Assembly (NCBI GenBank): GCA_964355885.1
Contig: CAYHFJ010000002.1
Coordinates: 499-64,498, forward strand
Source of the DNA: an uncultured Flavobacteriales bacterium
GTDB taxonomy: Bacteria > Bacteroidota > Bacteroidia > AKYH767-A > 2013-40CM-41-45
Direction of reading: 5' to 3'
Length of the DNA stretch: 64,000 bases
Below the pieces are notes generated by a model, which did no database searches, was not told the DNA's origin, and saw only the letters and a program-made list of their open reading frames with translations. Of this stretch, positions 59,544-64,000 are shown piece after piece; position 1 is the first letter of the stretch; each line of letters begins with the position of its first letter. Made by a program: the position numbers and the translations under genes.

Positions 59544-60581
59544 TTAGGACATGAGTTTTTTTAATGTACGTAATGCATAGATTCTTTCAATGATATCCAC
59601 CACCTTAAGTCCTTCAAGTGCATTTGTTGTTGCAGTTGTTCTTCCTTTTAGTGTGTCAATTACATTTTCAATAATATAATGATGATTTGCGGCGGAACCT
59701 TTATATACTCCGTAGTCATTTGCCGGATTTACCGGCGGGAGTTTTGGCATAGTATAATCCTGTATGTGGCAATACTCAACTTCATTCATATATTGGCCAC
59801 CAATTTTTACGCTGCCTTTTTCAGCGATGATTGTCATACTGCTTTCCAGGTTTGAATCCCAAACAGAAGTGGAATAGGAGATGGAGCCCATACCACCATT
59901 GATGAAATTGAAATTAACGAAACCTGAATCCTCAAATTGTGTGAGCGTTTGGTGATTGAAGTCACTGAATTTGGCTTGAATCTGTGTAATGTCTCCGAAG
60001 AGCCAGTACATGATGTCAATGAAGTGAGAAAACTGGGTGAAGAGCGTTCCTCCATCGAGTTTATTAATTCCTTTCCAGTTTTTTCCTGAGTAATAACGTT
60101 CATCACGGTTCCAATAACAATTCAGTTGAACCATATAGATGGAACCCATCACTTCTCGATCAATCACATCTTTTATCCAGATGGAAGGAGGAGAGTAGCG
60201 GTTTTGCATAACACAAAATACCTGACGGGATACCTGTAATGCTTTGAAGATAATTTTTTCACAGTCCGCAACAGTTAAACCCATTGGCTTTTCTATCACT
60301 ACATTTTTTTTCTTTTCGAGTGCTTGCAAAGTATGCTCTGCATGCAAACCGTTTGGAGAACAAACAACTACTACATCAATCTCATTTTCTGAATTAAATA
60401 ATTCCTCCATAGACAGATAAAACGGTACATCAAGATCTGACAGTCCGATTTCTTCCTTAGGCTTGATGTCAGTCATTGCCACTAATTGCGCCTCCGGATT
60501 TCTCCTGATCATTTCCGCATGGCGTTTACCAATATGACCACTCCCTACAATGGCAAATTTTACCTTTTTATTTTCTTCCAT
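59544..60581 (-). CDS. Gfo/Idh/MocA family oxidoreductase (WbpB-like UDP-GlcNAcA 3-dehydrogenase candidate)
   Basis: KFAIVGSGHIGKRHAE Rossmann start and EKPM motif; 345 aa. The specific role is inferred from context. Confidence 0.65.
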   Translation of the reverse strand: MEENKKVKFAIVGSGHIGKRHAEMIRRNPEAQLVAMTDIKPKEEIGLSDLDVPFYLSMEELFNSENEIDVVVVCSPNGLHAEHTLQALEKKKNVVIEKPMGLTVADCEKIIFKALQVSRQVFCVMQNRYSPPSIWIKDVIDREVMGSIYMVQLNCYWNRDERYYSGKNWKGINKLDGGTLFTQFSHFIDIMYWLFGDITQIQAKFSDFNHQTLTQFEDSGFVNFNFINGGMGSISYSTSVWDSNLESSMTIIAEKGSVKIGGQYMNEVEYCHIQDYTMPKLPPVNPANDYGVYKGSAANHHYIIENVIDTLKGRTTATTNALEGLKVVDIIERIYALRTLKKLMS

Positions 60582-60590
60582 AAATCAGCT

Positions 60591-61169
60591 TTACTCGATA
60601 CGGCGAACTTTATTTCCTTCAAGTTTATATTCCTGCTTACTCTCAGGACAAATTGCAATTCCTGCAGCATTAAATTTTAACCGATGACCATATTCACTCA
60701 TCCATCCTATTTGTTTGGATGGATTCCCCACAACTAATGCATAAGCCGGAATATTTTTCGTGACAACTGCACCGGCTCCGATAAATGAAAACTCTCCAAT
60801 ATCATGCCCACATACAATGGTAGCGTTTGCTCCGATGGTAGCTCCTTTTCCAACATGTGTTTTTGCGTATTGATTTTTTCTGATTATTGCGCTCCTTGGG
60901 TTATTCACATTGGTAAAGACCATGGATGGCCCAAGAAACACATCATCTTCACAAATCACTCCGGTGAAAATGCTGACGTTGTTCTGTACTTTCACGTTTT
61001 TGCCTATGATTACATCAGGTGAAATGACGACATTTTGTCCAATGTTACAATTCTCGCCAATGATGCTGTTATTCATTATGTGTGTAAAATGCCAAATTTT
61101 TGTCCCCTTGCCGATTTTCGCACCTTCATCAACGAATGCCGACTCATGAACGTAATATTCTTTTTCCAT
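60591..61169 (-). CDS. Left-handed beta-helix (hexapeptide) N-acetyltransferase (WbpD/WlbB-like)
   Basis: Successive [LIV]-G-x4 hexapeptide turns are visible (IGKGTKI, IGENCNIGQNVVI, IGKNVKVQNNVSI, IGANATI). 192 aa. Confidence 0.7.
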   Translation of the reverse strand: MEKEYYVHESAFVDEGAKIGKGTKIWHFTHIMNNSIIGENCNIGQNVVISPDVIIGKNVKVQNNVSIFTGVICEDDVFLGPSMVFTNVNNPRSAIIRKNQYAKTHVGKGATIGANATIVCGHDIGEFSFIGAGAVVTKNIPAYALVVGNPSKQIGWMSEYGHRLKFNAAGIAICPESKQEYKLEGNKVRRIE

Positions 61170-61246
61170 AAAGCTTCTTGATTTAATACGAATATACGAA
61201 ATCTACCTATATTTATATATTATTGATAATCAAATACCTATGATGA

Positions 61247-62227
61247 TTATTTCATTGAATTTTGAAAACGATGCTCCGAATTATACAGTTCCTCTCTTGA
61301 AAGGTTTTTGAAATAATCATAGGTTAATCTCAAGCCATCGGCACGTGATATCTTAGGTTCCCATCCAAGAATTTTTCGGGCACGACTGATATCAGGTTGT
61401 CTTTGTTTAGGGTCATCGGTTGGCAGTTCTTTGTAAATTATTTTTTGGTCTGTTCCTGTCAACTGTATGATTTCTTCAGCAAATTCTTTGATGGTTATTT
61501 CATCCGGGTTGCCCAGGTTAACGGGTTGTGTGTAATCACTCCAAAGCAAACCTGCAATCCCTTCTACAAGATCATCGACATAGCAAAACGAACGAGTCTG
61601 ACTGCCATCTCCAAAAACGGTGAGGTCTTCTCCCCGCAATGCCTGACCTATAAAGGCGGGTAATGCTCTTCCATCATTCAATCGCATACGCGGACCATAG
61701 GTATTGAAAATCCTGACAATGCGAGTTTCAACAGCATGAAAAGTATGGTATGCCATGGTGATTGCTTCCTGAAAGCGCTTAGCTTCATCATATACACCTC
61801 TTGGTCCGATTGGATTTACATTACCCCAGTAATCCTCACTTTGGGGATGTACCAATGGATCTCCATATACTTCAGAAGTTGAAGCAACGAGTATTCTGGC
61901 ATTTTTTGATTTAGCAAGACCCAGTAAGTTATGTGTTCCCAATGAACTCACCTTTAATGTCTGGATTGGTATTTTCAGATAATCAATAGGACTTGCCGGA
62001 GAGGCGAAGTGAAGGATGTAGTCAAGATGTCCCGGCACATGAACAAATCGGGAAACGTCATGGTGATAAAATTCAAATTCCTTTTTCTTAAAAAGATGTT
62101 CGATATTCTTCAGATCACCGGTGATCAGATTATCCATTCCAATTACTGAATATCCTTCCCGTACAAAGCGATCACAAAGATGAGAACCCAGAAATCCGGC
62201 AGCACCGGTGATAAGCATACGTTTCAT
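61247..62227 (-). CDS. UDP-glucuronate decarboxylase (UDP-xylose synthase type)
   Basis: [35 protein letters not shown] and [10 protein letters not shown]. Confidence 0.85.
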   Translation of the reverse strand: MKRMLITGAAGFLGSHLCDRFVREGYSVIGMDNLITGDLKNIEHLFKKKEFEFYHHDVSRFVHVPGHLDYILHFASPASPIDYLKIPIQTLKVSSLGTHNLLGLAKSKNARILVASTSEVYGDPLVHPQSEDYWGNVNPIGPRGVYDEAKRFQEAITMAYHTFHAVETRIVRIFNTYGPRMRLNDGRALPAFIGQALRGEDLTVFGDGSQTRSFCYVDDLVEGIAGLLWSDYTQPVNLGNPDEITIKEFAEEIIQLTGTDQKIIYKELPTDDPKQRQPDISRARKILGWEPKISRADGLRLTYDYFKNLSREELYNSEHRFQNSMK

Positions 62228-62268
62228 GGCTCTGAATTTTACTGGTTGATTTTATGTAGTAACTAAAT

Positions 62269-63573
62269 TTAGTTTGGACGCCCGACACTGTAATAGACAA
62301 AGCCTTTTTCCTTCATCTGTTCAGTGTCGTATAGGTTTCTTCCGTCAAAAATCACCTTTTGCTTCATAAGATTTTTGATACGATCATATTCCGGAGTTCT
62401 GAATACTGCCCATTCTGTTGCAATAATCAGAAAGTCCGCATTTTCCAGAACTTCATATGCATCCTTACCATAGGTGATTTTGTCAGTAAGCAGTTTCTTA
62501 ACGTTGTGCATTGCCTCCGGATCGTACGCGGCTATACTTACATTTTCTTTTAATAATTCTTCTATAATAAAAAGTGCCGGAGCTTCCCGTACATCATCTG
62601 TATCAGGCTTGAAGGCAAGTCCCCATATCGCGGCTTTCTTTCCAGTCAGGTCATTATTAAAATGTTTTTTTACTTTTTCCACTAAGCTGATCTTCTGCAG
62701 TTCATTTACATTAATTACAGATTTCAATAACTGAAAGTTGTAATTATTTTCTTCGGCGGTCCGGGCTAAAGCAAGTACATCTTTAGGAAAGCAGCTTCCG
62801 CCATAACCGATTCCGGCAAATAAAAATCGTTTCCCAATTCTGTCGTCAGAACCAATACCTGCGCGTATCTGATCTACATTAGCGCCAACCTTTTCACACA
62901 GGTTCGCGATCTCATTCATGAAGGTGATCTTCGTTGCCAGAAATGCGTTTGCTGCATATTTCGTTAACTCCGATGAACGCTCATCCATAAAATAAACCGG
63001 ATTTCCTTGTCGCACAAAAGGGGCGTATAATTCTGTCATTACTTTTTGAGCAGCCTCCGATTTTGTTCCTATGATCACACGATCCGGTTTCATGAAATCA
63101 TCAACAGCATATCCTTCGCGTAAAAATTCCGGATTAGAAACTACGTCAAAGGGAACTTTACAGTTTTTTTCAATGAGTGATTTAACTTTTTCGGCAGTCC
63201 CTACCGGAACAGTACTTTTATTTACAATGATTTTATACTCCTTTATCAAATGTCCGAGTTGAGATGCGACATCAAGAACATGTCTGAGATCCGCTGAACC
63301 ATTTTCCCCAGGAGGGGTCGGTAAGGCAAGGAAAATCACATTCGCGTTACGGATGCCTTCCGCTAAATCAGTTGTAAACTGTAATCGTCCCTGCCGGATG
63401 TTGCGTTCAAACAATACATCAAGATGAGGTTCATAGATTGGTATGATTCCCTTTTTGAGTCTTTCAACTTTTTCTGCATCAATATCCACACAGAATACAT
63501 GATTTCCTGTTTCAGCGAAACATGTACCGGTGACTAATCCAACATATCCGGTTCCTATAACTGCAATTTTCAT
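62269..63573 (-). CDS. ugd: UDP-glucose 6-dehydrogenase
   Basis: MKIAVIGTGYVGLVTG and catalytic GGSCFPKD; 434 aa. Confidence 0.9.
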   Translation of the reverse strand: MKIAVIGTGYVGLVTGTCFAETGNHVFCVDIDAEKVERLKKGIIPIYEPHLDVLFERNIRQGRLQFTTDLAEGIRNANVIFLALPTPPGENGSADLRHVLDVASQLGHLIKEYKIIVNKSTVPVGTAEKVKSLIEKNCKVPFDVVSNPEFLREGYAVDDFMKPDRVIIGTKSEAAQKVMTELYAPFVRQGNPVYFMDERSSELTKYAANAFLATKITFMNEIANLCEKVGANVDQIRAGIGSDDRIGKRFLFAGIGYGGSCFPKDVLALARTAEENNYNFQLLKSVINVNELQKISLVEKVKKHFNNDLTGKKAAIWGLAFKPDTDDVREAPALFIIEELLKENVSIAAYDPEAMHNVKKLLTDKITYGKDAYEVLENADFLIIATEWAVFRTPEYDRIKNLMKQKVIFDGRNLYDTEQMKEKGFVYYSVGRPN

Positions 63574-63623
63574 CTATGATTTTCTTCTCTGATTTGGTAA
63601 GGTGAATTAAAAAGCATTGTGGA

Positions 63624-64000
63624 TCAGTTGAAAAAATCCAACACATTTTTAATTATGTATGTCTGAATTTCATCCGTCATTTCTGTATGTATAGGCAAAG
63701 AAAGCACGCTTTTGCATAATTCTTCAGTTACCGGAAAGCTGCCTTCTTTATAACGGTCATCCCTATATGCTTTTTGCAAATGCAAGGGAACGGGATAATA
63801 AATCATCGCGGGAATATCTTTAGACGCCAGATGATTTCGTAGCTCATTCCTGTCAGCATCTTTTATGATCAATGTATACTGATGGAATACATGGCTCGAT
63901 TTCGGACTACGAAAGGGAATGATCAGATGAGCATTATTTTTAAATGCGCTGTCGTATGCATCCGCGACTTTTCTTCTTGCTTCAGCATAACTGTCAAGAT
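63624..64000 (-). CDS. DegT/DnrJ/EryC1/StrS family sugar aminotransferase; C-terminal part only, as the 5' end lies beyond the window
   Basis: The minus-strand frame stays open to base 64000. Hand translation gives LDSYAEARRKVADAYDSAFKNNAHLIIPFRSPKSSHVFHQYTLIIKDADRNELRNHLASKDIPAMIYYPVPLHLQKAY... The tracked 82-aa ORF is only its tail, which begins at an internal TTG. Confidence 0.85.
   Translation of the reverse strand, partial: LDSYAEARRKVADAYDSAFKNNAHLIIPFRSPKSSHVFHQYTLIIKDADRNELRNHLASKDIPAMIYYPVPLHLQKAYRDDRYKEGSFPVTEELCKSVLSLPIHTEMTDEIQTYIIKNVLDFFN

Noticed and set aside
1-64000. I looked for CRISPR arrays, transposases or IS ends, integrases, phage genes, toxin-antitoxin pairs and known defence genes across the whole window.
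   Set aside because: I found no regularly spaced direct repeats, no terminal inverted repeats flanking an ORF, and no ORF with recombinase, nuclease or defence-like motifs. Almost every ORF has a confident housekeeping assignment.

Overview
This window reads as core chromosome of a Bacteroidota-type bacterium. Supporting signs are TAnnTTTG -7 promoter boxes, few Shine-Dalgarno sites, a fused CcoN-CcoO oxidase subunit, a Cys-poor L36, and an rpsL-to-rplQ ribosomal block with no tuf or adk. The content runs in this order. (1) A complete cbb3 cytochrome oxidase locus (ccoI, 5' partial, then ccoS, ccoNO, ccoQ, ccoP, ccoG, a FixH-like gene and a TauE/DsbD_2-like gene). (2) Mixed housekeeping genes: DoxX, YceI, waaA, cdd, hldD, mqnD/mqnB, queD/folE, a BI-1 family protein, fabD, a GH3-like ligase, a deoxynucleoside kinase, a diheme cytochrome c, a Na/Pi cotransporter, a flavin reductase, tRNA-Leu(UAG) and tig-clpP-clpX. 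(3) The roughly 19 kb ribosomal protein block, including secY, map, infA, rpoA and the small rpmD and rpmJ genes that are missing from the ORF track, followed by carA. (4) A 10 kb minus-strand nucleotide-sugar cluster, truncated at the right edge, that looks able to make UDP-2,3-diacetamido uronic acid, UDP-GlcA/UDP-Xyl, UDP-Gal and dTDP-4-keto-6-deoxyglucose. I found no CRISPR array, transposase, integrase, phage gene or recognisable defence gene. The one block that looks like an uncharacterised system is a tightly coupled five-gene operon at 13420-16569: a lipoprotein, a small YD-like repeat protein, a VTC polyphosphate-polymerase tunnel domain, a DUF4956-like membrane protein and a DUF2490-like outer-membrane barrel. 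I read it as a possible envelope-spanning VTC-type module, and that is inference only. Smaller oddities are a 224-nt rpsG-fusA spacer made of three GATAA/TTATC-closed hairpin modules, low-complexity tails on S3 and L17, and an S/T/K-rich N-terminal extension on the deoxynucleoside kinase. All family assignments come from motifs read by eye and from memory; no searches were run.
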